In this document: one piece after another, positions 40,660 to 50,086 of the stretch
How positions within the stretch are numbered: the stretch's first letter is position 1
How the letters are laid out: every line of letters starts with the position of its first letter
NCBI GenBank assembly: GCA_964488185.1
Contig: CAZATW010000001.1
Coordinates: 19,582 to 83,581, forward strand
DNA: 64,000 nt
Direction of reading: 5' to 3'
Origin: an uncultured Coprococcus sp.
GTDB taxonomy: Bacteria; Bacillota; Clostridia; Lachnospirales; Lachnospiraceae
The notes under the pieces: generated by a model
Seen by the model: only the letters and a program-made list of their open reading frames with translations
The model's database searches: none
What the model was told of the DNA's origin: nothing
Program-made: the position numbers and the translations under genes

Positions 40660-41999
40660 TATTCCTTCCCCCTTGTTCCTGATATTTTAGTTTCGTGTCC
40701 TTCACTATCAGTAATCGTAACATTTATATCATATAAATATATTGAATCATTCTCGTCCTGTGATACATCCATAACATTTATATCTGAGTTAAGATTATCT
40801 GTAACAAAATTCGAATATACTTTGAGCTTATTAGTATCTCCTGCTTCCAAATTTACTCTTACTTTTACATTCTTCTGAGTAACTTTATGTTCACTGTTTC
40901 TATATACCAATTGTTCTATATCCGTAACTCCAAACTGTTGGCATATTATATCTTCGTAATCCTTATCTATATTAGATGCCGTTTCGAAAATATATATTTT
41001 CGGAGTAACATTGTCTCCTACAAGAGAAGAATTGTCTATGGTAATATAATCCTCAGAACAATATTTGCCATTATATATAGCAGGTTCATATAAAAGATAA
41101 ATAGGTGGAATCTCATCAAACTCCTGTCTGTATACTACTCCATTGCCATATGCTCCATCTGGTTTAAAAATATTTTTTGAGTTGCTGGTATAATCTGCAG
41201 CTATCACAGCTATCTTTGTCTGATCTTCATATCTTACCTCACATTCGATAACATATTTAGAGCCAGATTTTGATATTCTTATCGTAGTATACTTATTAAA
41301 AGAATCAGATGAAAAGATATTATCCCCTGAAAGATATTGATTATAATAAACAGTATAGTTTTTAATCAAATCAAGCTTAACATCTTTAAAATGCTCATAT
41401 GCCTGATTATCCAAATTATTTTCACTTACACCACTATTCTGGCCTGTATAAGTCGCACCCGTAATAATAGCAACCTGTTTATTATCCAAATTTCTAATAG
41501 TACCCGTAGCTGGCCTTGTTTCTATTGCATTGCCCTCGCCATCAATTTTATATGACTGTGTCTTGCTGTCATATACATACCCCTTTGAAGATACTGCATA
41601 AGGGGCACTGCTTACCGTGACCACACATGTGTATTTCTCAAAATCCGTTCCTATAGCCACATCATTACATGTGTATGTGTCAACCGTATATGATACGGTA
41701 GATGAATCCGGAAGCGTTATTGAGTTGATTTCTGATGTTGCATTTTTATTGAATACATACTCACTTGAAGATGATGCATCCCCATCTGAAATCGTTATAG
41801 TATCATTAAGGTCACACACCTTAAAATTTTCCATTAACTCCTCAGCCATCTCTGCTGCATACTGATTTTTGGTTGTCTCTTTGTTAGTACTTATAGCAGA
41901 TATCAGCTGAGTAGTAAGTGGAATAATTAAAATCGCAAATACAGCAATGGCAACAATCACTTCTACCAAGCTAAAGCCTTTATTATTTATTTTTGCCAT
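40659..41999 (-). CDS. Large (446 aa) PilV-like minor pilin
   Basis: 'NNKG|FSLVEVIVAIAVFAILII' with G|F and E5, followed by a long C-terminal extension. Confidence 0.82.
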   Translation of the reverse strand: MAKINNKGFSLVEVIVAIAVFAILIIPLTTQLISAISTNKETTKNQYAAEMAEELMENFKVCDLNDTITISDGDASSSSEYVFNKNATSEINSITLPDSSTVSYTVDTYTCNDVAIGTDFEKYTCVVTVSSAPYAVSSKGYVYDSKTQSYKIDGEGNAIETRPATGTIRNLDNKQVAIITGATYTGQNSGVSENNLDNQAYEHFKDVKLDLIKNYTVYYNQYLSGDNIFSSDSFNKYTTIRISKSGSKYVIECEVRYEDQTKIAVIAADYTSNSKNIFKPDGAYGNGVVYRQEFDEIPPIYLLYEPAIYNGKYCSEDYITIDNSSLVGDNVTPKIYIFETASNIDKDYEDIICQQFGVTDIEQLVYRNSEHKVTQKNVKVRVNLEAGDTNKLKVYSNFVTDNLNSDINVMDVSQDENDSIYLYDINVTITDSEGHETKISGTRGKE

Positions 42000-42022
42000 T
42001 TATTTTTCACTCCGTTCAAAGA

Positions 42023-42781
42023 TTACTCTGCAGTTGTATCTCCGGTTGTTACTGTTTGTTTTACTGTCGGATTGCCAAATATATTATTTGTACCTGTCTG
42101 GACATTTACATCCGCATGGTCTGTAGTTCTGTCACCACCATTAACCGCATATGACGTAAATACAAGGTTTCCTTCATAATACCCCTCGTTATCATTAAAA
42201 GATATACTGATTTCATCAAGAGTCATTCTGAAATCACCGTCCTTGATATAATCAATAACAGACTTAATATCATTATAATCGCCTGTATAGGTCACAGGAA
42301 ACGTAGCTGAATAACAGTTATAACCATTTGCCGTAGCAACCATCTCGCCGTTTTCCGAGGTTTCTTCATTTTCAGCAGGTTCTGTATCAAGTGACACATC
42401 TCCAACGGCACCGGAGCCAAGTGTGTAGAACAATGTCTCCTCACCCATGGTTACACTTGGGAAATCCAATTTGTATTCATCCTTTATTCCCTGAAGATAC
42501 ATAATTGTATTATCCTGATATATCTCAGCAGGAAATTGTTTTAACAATTCCTCGTATTCAGCCTTATAGAAGGCTGTATCATCTATATACTGCTGTCTGT
42601 TATTGTCCTTTGCCTTTAAATCATTATAATATGTCTGACGTTCAGCTTTTTCGCTATCAATATTCTTCTTATCATCAAAATTTCCCATTGCAAGGAATCT
42701 GATAGGTAAGAAAATAATAGCTATACCTAATATAAATAAAAGTAAATTTCTTTGTCCCTTAGTAACTGTACTCATGTTCAT
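42023..42781 (-). CDS. pilO: PilO-like alignment protein
   Basis: N-terminal TM, coiled-coil region, ferredoxin-like C-terminus 'YTGDYNDIKSVIDYI'. Follows pilMN. Confidence 0.65.
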   Translation of the reverse strand: MNMSTVTKGQRNLLLFILGIAIIFLPIRFLAMGNFDDKKNIDSEKAERQTYYNDLKAKDNNRQQYIDDTAFYKAEYEELLKQFPAEIYQDNTIMYLQGIKDEYKLDFPSVTMGEETLFYTLGSGAVGDVSLDTEPAENEETSENGEMVATANGYNCYSATFPVTYTGDYNDIKSVIDYIKDGDFRMTLDEISISFNDNEGYYEGNLVFTSYAVNGGDRTTDHADVNVQTGTNNIFGNPTVKQTVTTGDTTAE

Positions 42782-42789
42782 GCCCTCCT

Positions 42790-44415
42790 CTACTCTATTG
42801 TTACAGCATTCTCATCAGCTGCAAGCTCATCTAAAAGAGCAGCTGTAGGATCTACATATATGCATGATACTGTAAAATCATATGTAACGCTATTTGTCTG
42901 TTCATCAACAACCTCATTTATAGAACCTATAAAAGTATTGTCAATACATTCAATATCCTTAAGATTGATTGCAAATGCTGCAATATCCTCATACTTTGGT
43001 GTCGTACCAGTTATACTAATACCTGTCGAATCTGAATTGAATGCTGTTATACTAATACCCTTTGGCATCTTGTCTTCAAGTTCTGTTATAAGTGTTCCAA
43101 CATACTCATTAAGGTTCTCTGTATAGCTATACATACTCATAGCATCAACATAAACACTCTCCGCTGCTTCATAATCCTGCACCACAATTTCAATATCTCT
43201 TATAGCCTCAATATCTTTGTTTACCTTATCAAGCTCATCCTGCGCCTTGTTCTTTGCTATGTAAGAATAAGCTGTAACGCCTCCGGCAACAATAATAGCT
43301 AATATCAGAAAAACTATAACAAGTGGCGTGGTATCAAATCCATTTCCGCTTCCGCTCTTTGCGCCTGTTTCTGTAAGAGCAAAGCCCATAGGTGCAAAAG
43401 CAGCGCCGATAGGAACCATGAGATATACAGGATTATAAATCTTTAAGTCAATTTTAGGGTCAAATTTTATATTGTACAGACTGTCCATAACTCTTGTAGA
43501 TACGTTCAGCTGTACCTTGAATAAGCCGTCTATTCCTTTAATAAGGGCGCCATCGCCTGTAAGGAATACATCATCTATTGGCTTATCCGGATTCTTGGAT
43601 GTGAAGAAATCCATCACACGACCAATGTTGTTTATAAGATATCTGAAAGCGCCTGTTATAGCATTATCATCAAAATCTACTGTAAGAAGTCTCTCATTCT
43701 GGAGCAGGGTCATGGCTGTCGTAGCATCTACACCCTTCGCATCCATAACTTCATTCACTACAACATTTGTACCATATGGTACTGTTCTCTGTAAGAGCAG
43801 TGTGTCTCCCTTCACAATGTTAAGTACTGTTGATTCACTACCTAACTGAATAACCATAGTAGTCATATTCTCGCTGGTCTGAGTCTTGATCAGCTGAAGC
43901 ATACTGTTACCAATGTAGTCAAGTGCAACCACCTTAAGACCTGCCATGGCAGCTACATCATAGTAAGAACGTACCATGTTCTCCGGAGCCGCAACAGCAA
44001 GCACTCTTAACTGTTTATTGTTTTCTTCATCAGTAACTGTTTCTAATACAGAATGTGATACTACGTAATCTTCTATATTAACAGGGAAATACTCTGATGA
44101 GTTCGCATTAATAATTCCTTTAATTTTGTTTTCTTTAACGAAAGGCACAACGACCTCTCTGTTAACGATTTTTGTAGAGGTAAGAACGAATATAGCGTTC
44201 TTATTTGATATTCCGTTTGCACTAAGCTGTCCTTTGATAGCTTCTGCTATCCTTTCCTTGTCTCTGATAACACCATCTTCGTATGAATCCTCCGGAGTCT
44301 CGAAGATAATGGCATTATGTACTGTCGATTGTTTCTTGTTTGAAGCCGTAGCTTCAACAATTGTAATACTTTCATTTGTAATGTCGATTGTTAAAACTTT
44401 GTTATTACTCGCCAT
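42790..44415 (-). CDS. pilM: PilM-PilN fusion
   Basis: Actin-like PilM ('LTIDI', 'YFPVNIEDYV', 'RTVPYG', 'VFLTGDGA.IKGI'), then a TM and a PilN-like domain ('MPKGISITAF', 'GISITG'). Confidence 0.85.
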   Translation of the reverse strand: MASNNKVLTIDITNESITIVEATASNKKQSTVHNAIIFETPEDSYEDGVIRDKERIAEAIKGQLSANGISNKNAIFVLTSTKIVNREVVVPFVKENKIKGIINANSSEYFPVNIEDYVVSHSVLETVTDEENNKQLRVLAVAAPENMVRSYYDVAAMAGLKVVALDYIGNSMLQLIKTQTSENMTTMVIQLGSESTVLNIVKGDTLLLQRTVPYGTNVVVNEVMDAKGVDATTAMTLLQNERLLTVDFDDNAITGAFRYLINNIGRVMDFFTSKNPDKPIDDVFLTGDGALIKGIDGLFKVQLNVSTRVMDSLYNIKFDPKIDLKIYNPVYLMVPIGAAFAPMGFALTETGAKSGSGNGFDTTPLVIVFLILAIIVAGGVTAYSYIAKNKAQDELDKVNKDIEAIRDIEIVVQDYEAAESVYVDAMSMYSYTENLNEYVGTLITELEDKMPKGISITAFNSDSTGISITGTTPKYEDIAAFAINLKDIECIDNTFIGSINEVVDEQTNSVTYDFTVSCIYVDPTAALLDELAADENAVTIE

Positions 44416-44854
44416 TTTAAATAGCCTCCCTCGCTAATCAGTAGTTTTTTTGAAGATAAAATCTTCTAATTGCCTGAGTACCAGCTTACCGCTGTTCACC
44501 CTATGTTATTATTATCTGTCCACATCTATGCGGACAAAAAGGTCAACACTATTCTGTCACCCTTTTTAAAAGTATGCACTTTCCACAAATACATCGACTC
44601 ATATGCATAAAGCAGAAAATGCCACTACTAAATAAAGTACCAGCCTAATAGTAAGCCAGCTGCCGCCATAAGTTTGTTGTCGATTGCTAAATCGCATATA
44701 CTTCATGCGGATTTGCAAGCAAGAAAACCGCTGACTGCAAAAGAGCGAGTATGAATAAAAAGCAATGCCTTCCACTTCATAATCAACTCAAAAACCATAC
44801 AGTAAGCCATCTCATCATCTTTCCGGCCACTATATTGATAAAAAGTATAATATT

Positions 44855-44921
44855 AGCATGGAACGGTAATAATATGTACAAAACTACGAGGAATGTAATA
44901 TACACAATTACCGTTCATGCT
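44855..44921. repeat. Long inverted repeat downstream of the major pilin
   Basis: AGCATGGAACGGTAAT (44855-44870) and ATTACCGTTCATGCT (44907-44921), with one bulge. Confidence 0.8.
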
Positions 44922-44987
44922 TCACCTATGCATTTTTTCTATCCCTATAGAATAGATTTGCGATTTTCACAAGCAAATCAACTTTTC

Positions 44988-45407
44988 TTACTTGTAAGCA
45001 GCATCTACATCAGGATATAACTCTGAGCTATTTACAGATACTGTAAATGTCTTTAAGTCAGATGAAAGCTGAATTACAAATTTTTGGCCTTTGTCATACT
45101 TTGGCTTAAATGAGCTCGTTCCAAGCTGGTCAGAAACTTCTGATGTGAATGCGTCACTCGAACCAAGCTGAGTACCATCATCATTTACTGTGTATGTTGC
45201 GCCAGCGGTTGCAGCGTCATAAGCATCTTCTACTGAAAGTGCATTTGTTACAGCTGTTGCAATTGTCTGTGCATTTGAAACATCTGTTGATCTTCTTGAC
45301 TTTGCAATGTACTTAATGAGTGCCGGTGCAAGAGCGCCTGCAAGAATTGCCATAATAGCAATTACGATAATTAACTCTACCAATGAGAAACCTTTGTTGT
45401 TCTTCAT
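44988..45407 (-). CDS. pilA: Major type IV pilin
   Basis: 'MKNNKG|FSLVELIIVIAIMAILAGALAPALIKY', 139 aa, own intergenic leader, AAGGAG RBS. Confidence 0.9.
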   Translation of the reverse strand: MKNNKGFSLVELIIVIAIMAILAGALAPALIKYIAKSRRSTDVSNAQTIATAVTNALSVEDAYDAATAGATYTVNDDGTQLGSSDAFTSEVSDQLGTSSFKPKYDKGQKFVIQLSSDLKTFTVSVNSSELYPDVDAAYK

Positions 45408-45590
45408 AATTATTCTCTCCTTTTCTTAAATAAATATCATCGTTTACATATGTTTATACATAAACTTATTTATTATTAAAACCGTCATCCTCGCACTGAC
45501 GAATTTAACCATTTGTTTACTATATTATTATATGATTATTATGTCGAGTCTTACATAAAAAATCTTCTTTGTATACTATGTATATACTAT

Positions 45591-46799
45591 TTACACCTGA
45601 TCGAGAGCACTGTACATACTCATAATCGGTCCGTATACGGCTGCTACGATCATACCTACAACGCAGGCAAGAAGAACCATAATCATAGGCTCCATCGCTG
45701 CTGTAAGTGCATTTGTTGCATTCTCCACTTCTTCATCATAGTAGTCCGCAACCTTGCTAAGCATTTCTTCGATATCACCTGTTTCCTCACCTATCTTTGT
45801 CATAGCTGATAACATATTCGGAAGCATCTCCATATCCTTGAGAGGCTTCGAAAGAGGAATACCCTTTGCAACCTGAGTCTTTGCATCCATAAGGCCATCT
45901 CTTATGATTTTATTATCCATCATCTTGGCAACCTGTTCTACGGAATCAATCATGGAAATACCGGATGCCATCAGGGTACTCATTGTTCTTGCAAATCTTG
46001 CACAAGCTGTCTTAATGTTCAGATTTCCAAAGATAGGCGCCTTGAGTCCTATATTTGCAAAAAGCTGTTCTCCAAAAGGAGTCTTTTTGAAAATCTTAAT
46101 TCCAAATACAATCGCTGCAACGATTATAATAAGAAGCCACCATTTGTATTTCACAAAGTCAGCTGCCGCCACCATTATACGGGTAGCAAGCGGAAGCTCT
46201 GTTCCCATTTCTTCAAACATACTTGAAAAGTTAGGAATAACTGCAACAAGCACTACTATAATGACGATAACCATAACGATAAGTACCACTATTGGATATG
46301 TCATCGCGCCCTTAATCTTGGAAGTAAGAGCATTATCTTTCTCAAAGTGCTCTACCAATCTGTCCAGACATATTTCAAGGTTACCTGACATTTCGCCAGC
46401 CGCTACCATGTTTATCATGATAGGAGGGAACACGTCCGGATTTACTCTTAACGCATCTGCAAGAGTTCCTCCCTTTTCTACATATGTTCTGGCATCTGCT
46501 ATAGCCTTCTTTAATGTTTTGTTCTCTATCTGATCCCCCATCAACTCAAGTGCCGCTATAATAGTAACACCCGCTTTGATTACGGCAGAGAACTGTTTGC
46601 AGAATACAGCCAAATCCCTTGATTTAACCTTCTTCTTAAATCCTACTCCAGCCAAAGGACTGCTTTGTTCTGTCAGACTCATAATTGAATAGCCTTCCGA
46701 CTTCAATTTTTTCTCTGCACCGTCCCTGTTTGGAGCCTCGATGGTACCTTTTTTATTCTTACCATCTCTGTCAACAACCTTGTAATTAAATACTGCCAT
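45591..46799 (-). CDS. pilC: Type IV pilus platform protein PilC (GspF family)
   Basis: 'FCKQFSAVIKAGV', 'AAGEMSGNL', 'GAMTYP', 'IGEETG', 'MEPMI'. Start moved to MAVFNY (46799), which has a GGAGG RBS. Confidence 0.95.
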   Translation of the reverse strand: MAVFNYKVVDRDGKNKKGTIEAPNRDGAEKKLKSEGYSIMSLTEQSSPLAGVGFKKKVKSRDLAVFCKQFSAVIKAGVTIIAALELMGDQIENKTLKKAIADARTYVEKGGTLADALRVNPDVFPPIMINMVAAGEMSGNLEICLDRLVEHFEKDNALTSKIKGAMTYPIVVLIVMVIVIIVVLVAVIPNFSSMFEEMGTELPLATRIMVAAADFVKYKWWLLIIIVAAIVFGIKIFKKTPFGEQLFANIGLKAPIFGNLNIKTACARFARTMSTLMASGISMIDSVEQVAKMMDNKIIRDGLMDAKTQVAKGIPLSKPLKDMEMLPNMLSAMTKIGEETGDIEEMLSKVADYYDEEVENATNALTAAMEPMIMVLLACVVGMIVAAVYGPIMSMYSALDQV

Positions 46800-46892
46800 T
46801 GTTTTTCCTCCGACCCAATCAATATTCTTATGTTGCGTATATTTACATAAAAACAACGCAAATATACAATCTACATGTAATTATATAAGTTT

Positions 46893-46924
46893 ATAATACT
46901 ATAACATGTTGATATAATCAACAT
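46893..46924 (-). promoter_or_regulatory. Candidate internal pilC promoter with a palindromic operator over the -35
   Basis: TTGATT (46921-46916), 17 nt, TATTAT (46898-46893). Perfect palindrome ATGTTGAT-ATA-ATCAACAT at 46906-46924. Confidence 0.45.
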
Positions 46925-46989
46925 TTAATTATTTTTAATATTTTTTTGTGTAAACTGCACAAACCATATTGTAATCTCCGCATTACATC

Positions 46990-48051
46990 CTATTGACCAT
47001 TTATCTTCTTTCTCAGATATTGCTGATCCTGTGAGTATGTCATTGCCATTTCTCTTGTTATGGTTCCCGCCGAGTACAAATCATACAGCGCATCATCCAT
47101 CGTTATCATACCGAGCTGACGGCTGGTCTGAATAGTTGATTGAATCTGATGTGTCTTTGCTTCACGAATCAGGCTTCGGATAGCAGGTGATGCAAGCATT
47201 ACCTCAAAAGCTGCAACTCGTCCGTTTCCGTTTGCCATTGGAAGCAGGGACTGTGATATAACACCCTCAAGAACCATGGCAAGCTGCACTCTAACCTGCT
47301 GTTGCTGATTCGTAGGGAAAATATCTATAATTCTATCGATTGTACTTGCTGCACCGATTGTATGAAGTGTCGAGAAAACCAAATGTCCTGTTTCAGCAGC
47401 TGTTATCGCTGTTGAAATCGTTTCAAGATCTCTCATCTCTCCTACCAGAATAATATCCGGATCTTCTCGAAGAGCAGCTCTAAGTGCATTTGCATAACTG
47501 AGTGTATCCATACCGACCTCACGTTGGTTTACAATAGCCTTATTGTGATGGTGGATATACTCTATCGGATCCTCAAGGGTTATAATATGGTCTGTCAAAT
47601 TCTCATTTGCTTTATTTAATATAGAAGCAAGTGTGGTTGACTTACCGGAACCTGTAGGTCCTGTTACAAGTACCAGACCTCTTTTTCTCTTGTAAAGGTC
47701 TACAACCTCCCTCGGAATGCCAAGCTGATCCGGTCTTGGAATCTGAGTTTCAACTCGTCTGTAAGCTGCAGCCATATTTCCTTTGTCCATAAATACGTTT
47801 ACACGGAAACGTCCTGTTTCCGGTGAATCAAAGGAGAAATCCACCTCTCCTCTGTCCTTAAGTATAGCGACATGTCTGTCCTTCATGGTTGAGCCAATAG
47901 CTTCCGCTGCATCAGCCGCAGTAAGGGGCGGAACTTCAACCTCTGTAAGCTTACCATTAATTCTAAGCTTTGGCGGTATGCCAACAGCGATATGTACATC
48001 TGATGCTTTTGCTTCAACTGAGAAAGCAAGCAATTCCTTCATATCTAACAT
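46990..48051 (-). CDS. pilT: Pilus retraction ATPase PilT
   Basis: 'ASDVHI', Walker A 'GPTGSGKST', 'TLEDPIE', 'LREDPDIILVGEMRD', 'STLHT', 'AIRSLIRE' (AIRNLIRE-type motif). Confidence 0.96.
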   Translation of the reverse strand: MLDMKELLAFSVEAKASDVHIAVGIPPKLRINGKLTEVEVPPLTAADAAEAIGSTMKDRHVAILKDRGEVDFSFDSPETGRFRVNVFMDKGNMAAAYRRVETQIPRPDQLGIPREVVDLYKRKRGLVLVTGPTGSGKSTTLASILNKANENLTDHIITLEDPIEYIHHHNKAIVNQREVGMDTLSYANALRAALREDPDIILVGEMRDLETISTAITAAETGHLVFSTLHTIGAASTIDRIIDIFPTNQQQQVRVQLAMVLEGVISQSLLPMANGNGRVAAFEVMLASPAIRSLIREAKTHQIQSTIQTSRQLGMITMDDALYDLYSAGTITREMAMTYSQDQQYLRKKINGQ

Positions 48052-48143
48052 AGCTTACGTCCATCCTTTCGTTTTTCATTAATAATTTCAATTTATTTCT
48101 TCGGATTTAGGCTTTTCATTCTAATCCGCAAGATACTTTTTTA

Positions 48144-49880
48144 CTAGCTCATATCCACATCTTCAGCAACCGTCACTGTACTGTGAACAATCTTCTTCAT
48201 CTCTGAAATAGAAGTAATACCATTTAACACATGCTTTGCAGCACCCATCTTCAGTGTAAGCATACCTTCTTTAAGAGCTTGTTTTTCAATCACATCCGCC
48301 GTAGCACCCGATGCAATAATTGCCTGAAGTGACCTCGATACCGGCATCATTTCATATACACCGATTCGTCCTGAATATCCTGTATCATTACAAAGCGGGC
48401 ATCCTGCCGGTTCATAGATGATTACATCCTCTTCATCTTCAGGTACTCCAAGCTGGGCTCTTTCGTCATCTTCTATAAGTCTTGGCTGCTTACATGTTGT
48501 GCAAAGTCTTCGGACAAGTCTCTGCGCTATAACGCCGACAACCGCATCACCCGCTATATAAGATTCGACTCCCATATCAATCAAACGGGTAATTGTCGAA
48601 GCAGCCGAGTTCGTATGGAGCGTAGATACAACAAGATGTCCTGTTATAGCCGCCTGAACAGCGATACCAGCCGTCTCGCTATCTCGAATCTCTCCTATCA
48701 TAATAATATCCGGATCCTGACGAAGAATCGAACGGAGAGCGGCAGCGAACGTCATTTCCGCCTTGTTATTAACCTGCACCTGATTAATACCAAGGATATT
48801 GGCCTCTACAGGATCCTCAACCGTAATAATATTAACATCTTCCTTATTCAATTCACTAAGCGAGGTATACAGCGTTGTAGATTTACCCGAACCTGTAGGT
48901 CCCGTAACCAAAATAATTCCATGAGGATTGCTAAGGATACCGTCAAATACTTTTTCCTGCTCCGCATCAAAACCAAGTGCACTCTTTGGCTTTGTAAGTC
49001 CATCCTTTGAGGTAAGTCGCATAACCGTCTTTTCTCCGAACACCGTAGGAAGAATAGATACACGGACATCAAATTCTCTACGATCAACCATTATGGTGAT
49101 ACGACCATCCTGAGGTTTTCTTTTTTCTGCTATATCCATACCACCGATAATCTTGATACGAGCTGTTATACCTGCCAATATACTAAGGTCATATGACATA
49201 ACCTGCTTCAAGGCACCGTCTATTCTATATCTTACACGAACACCAGTCTCAAGCGCTTCTATATGTATATCAGATGCTCTCTGTCTTACACCGCCTTCGA
49301 TAATCTGCTTAACAAGAAGAACGATAGGTGAATTATCGATCTCATCATTTGCCACATCTTCTTCATCTCCGCCAAGAGCATTTACCTGTTCCTGACGATA
49401 CATCTCCGCAGCCTCCATAGCCTGCGCACTTCCGTAATATTTGCCTATAGCCTCTCCTATCTGCTCCTCTGTAGCAAGCATAGGTTCGACCTGAAGATTT
49501 GTTACAAGTCCAATATCATCAATAGCATTGATATCCATAGGATCTTCCATCGCAAGTTTCAAAATATTTGGATTGTCAGGATCTATCTCAACCGGAATAA
49601 CCTTATATTTTGTTACCATTGATTCCGGCACCATATGAAGAACCTTATCTTCAATCTTGGCACCCTTAAGCTCTATGTATTCAATATCTAACTGCTTTGT
49701 CAGGAGCGTAATAAGCATCTCCTGACTGATAAAGCCAAGCTCAACTAATGTATTTCCGAGTTTTCCACCGGTTTCTTTCTGATGAGCAAGAGCTTCTTGC
49801 AACTGTTCATCAGTAATGGCTCCAGCCGCAATAAGGACATCACCTATCCTTATCTTTTTACGTCCCATTCCTAATCGCAT
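48144..49880 (-). CDS. pilB: Pilus assembly ATPase PilB (GspE family) with N-terminal MshEN domain
   Basis: 'ASDIHIE', 'GPTGSGKST', 'LRQDPDIIMIGEIRD', Zn motif 'CTTC...CPLC'. Start moved to MRLG (49880), which has an AGGAGG RBS. Confidence 0.96.
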   Translation of the reverse strand: MRLGMGRKKIRIGDVLIAAGAITDEQLQEALAHQKETGGKLGNTLVELGFISQEMLITLLTKQLDIEYIELKGAKIEDKVLHMVPESMVTKYKVIPVEIDPDNPNILKLAMEDPMDINAIDDIGLVTNLQVEPMLATEEQIGEAIGKYYGSAQAMEAAEMYRQEQVNALGGDEEDVANDEIDNSPIVLLVKQIIEGGVRQRASDIHIEALETGVRVRYRIDGALKQVMSYDLSILAGITARIKIIGGMDIAEKRKPQDGRITIMVDRREFDVRVSILPTVFGEKTVMRLTSKDGLTKPKSALGFDAEQEKVFDGILSNPHGIILVTGPTGSGKSTTLYTSLSELNKEDVNIITVEDPVEANILGINQVQVNNKAEMTFAAALRSILRQDPDIIMIGEIRDSETAGIAVQAAITGHLVVSTLHTNSAASTITRLIDMGVESYIAGDAVVGVIAQRLVRRLCTTCKQPRLIEDDERAQLGVPEDEEDVIIYEPAGCPLCNDTGYSGRIGVYEMMPVSRSLQAIIASGATADVIEKQALKEGMLTLKMGAAKHVLNGITSISEMKKIVHSTVTVAEDVDMS

Positions 49881-49930
49881 ATCGGCAAATCTCCTCCTAA
49901 ATATAAAAATATACAAATATCTATTGAGGT

Positions 49931-49939
49931 ATTATATCA
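49931..49939 (-). promoter_or_regulatory. Extended -10 promoter candidate for pilB
   Basis: TG-A-TATAAT about 50 nt upstream of the pilB start. The -35 is poor. Confidence 0.5.
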
Positions 49940-50030
49940 CAAGCTTTCAGAAATTTAAACATTTTGAACATATTTTGGAATATTTTTTTTGCGTTTTACA
50001 AAATTTCTCCCATTTTTTCGAGTTGGATAT

Positions 50031-50059
50031 GCACTATTTTCACATAAAACTCATAAAAT
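50031..50059 (+). promoter_or_regulatory. SigK/SigE-type promoter candidate for sigK
   Basis: GCACT, 16 nt, CATAAAAT. Resembles the sigma-K consensus (mACm-N16-CATAnnnT). Confidence 0.45.
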
Positions 50060-50086
50060 ATTACAAATCCAGGGAGCCTGACAGAT

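Noticed and set aside
44599-44706. 35-aa ORF MKYMRFSNRQQTYGGSWLTIRLVLYLVVAFSALCI on the minus strand, or a pilD remnant
   Set aside because: No RBS, start buried in a hairpin, and no prepilin-peptidase motifs in the frames I inspected.
44640-44720. Possible c-di-GMP-I or -II riboswitch upstream of pilM
   Set aside because: There is partial resemblance (GCAAA plus a hairpin; TTAGTAGTG), but the GACGCAAAG (class I) and AAATTGGGCAC (class II) cores are missing. An Infernal scan would settle it.
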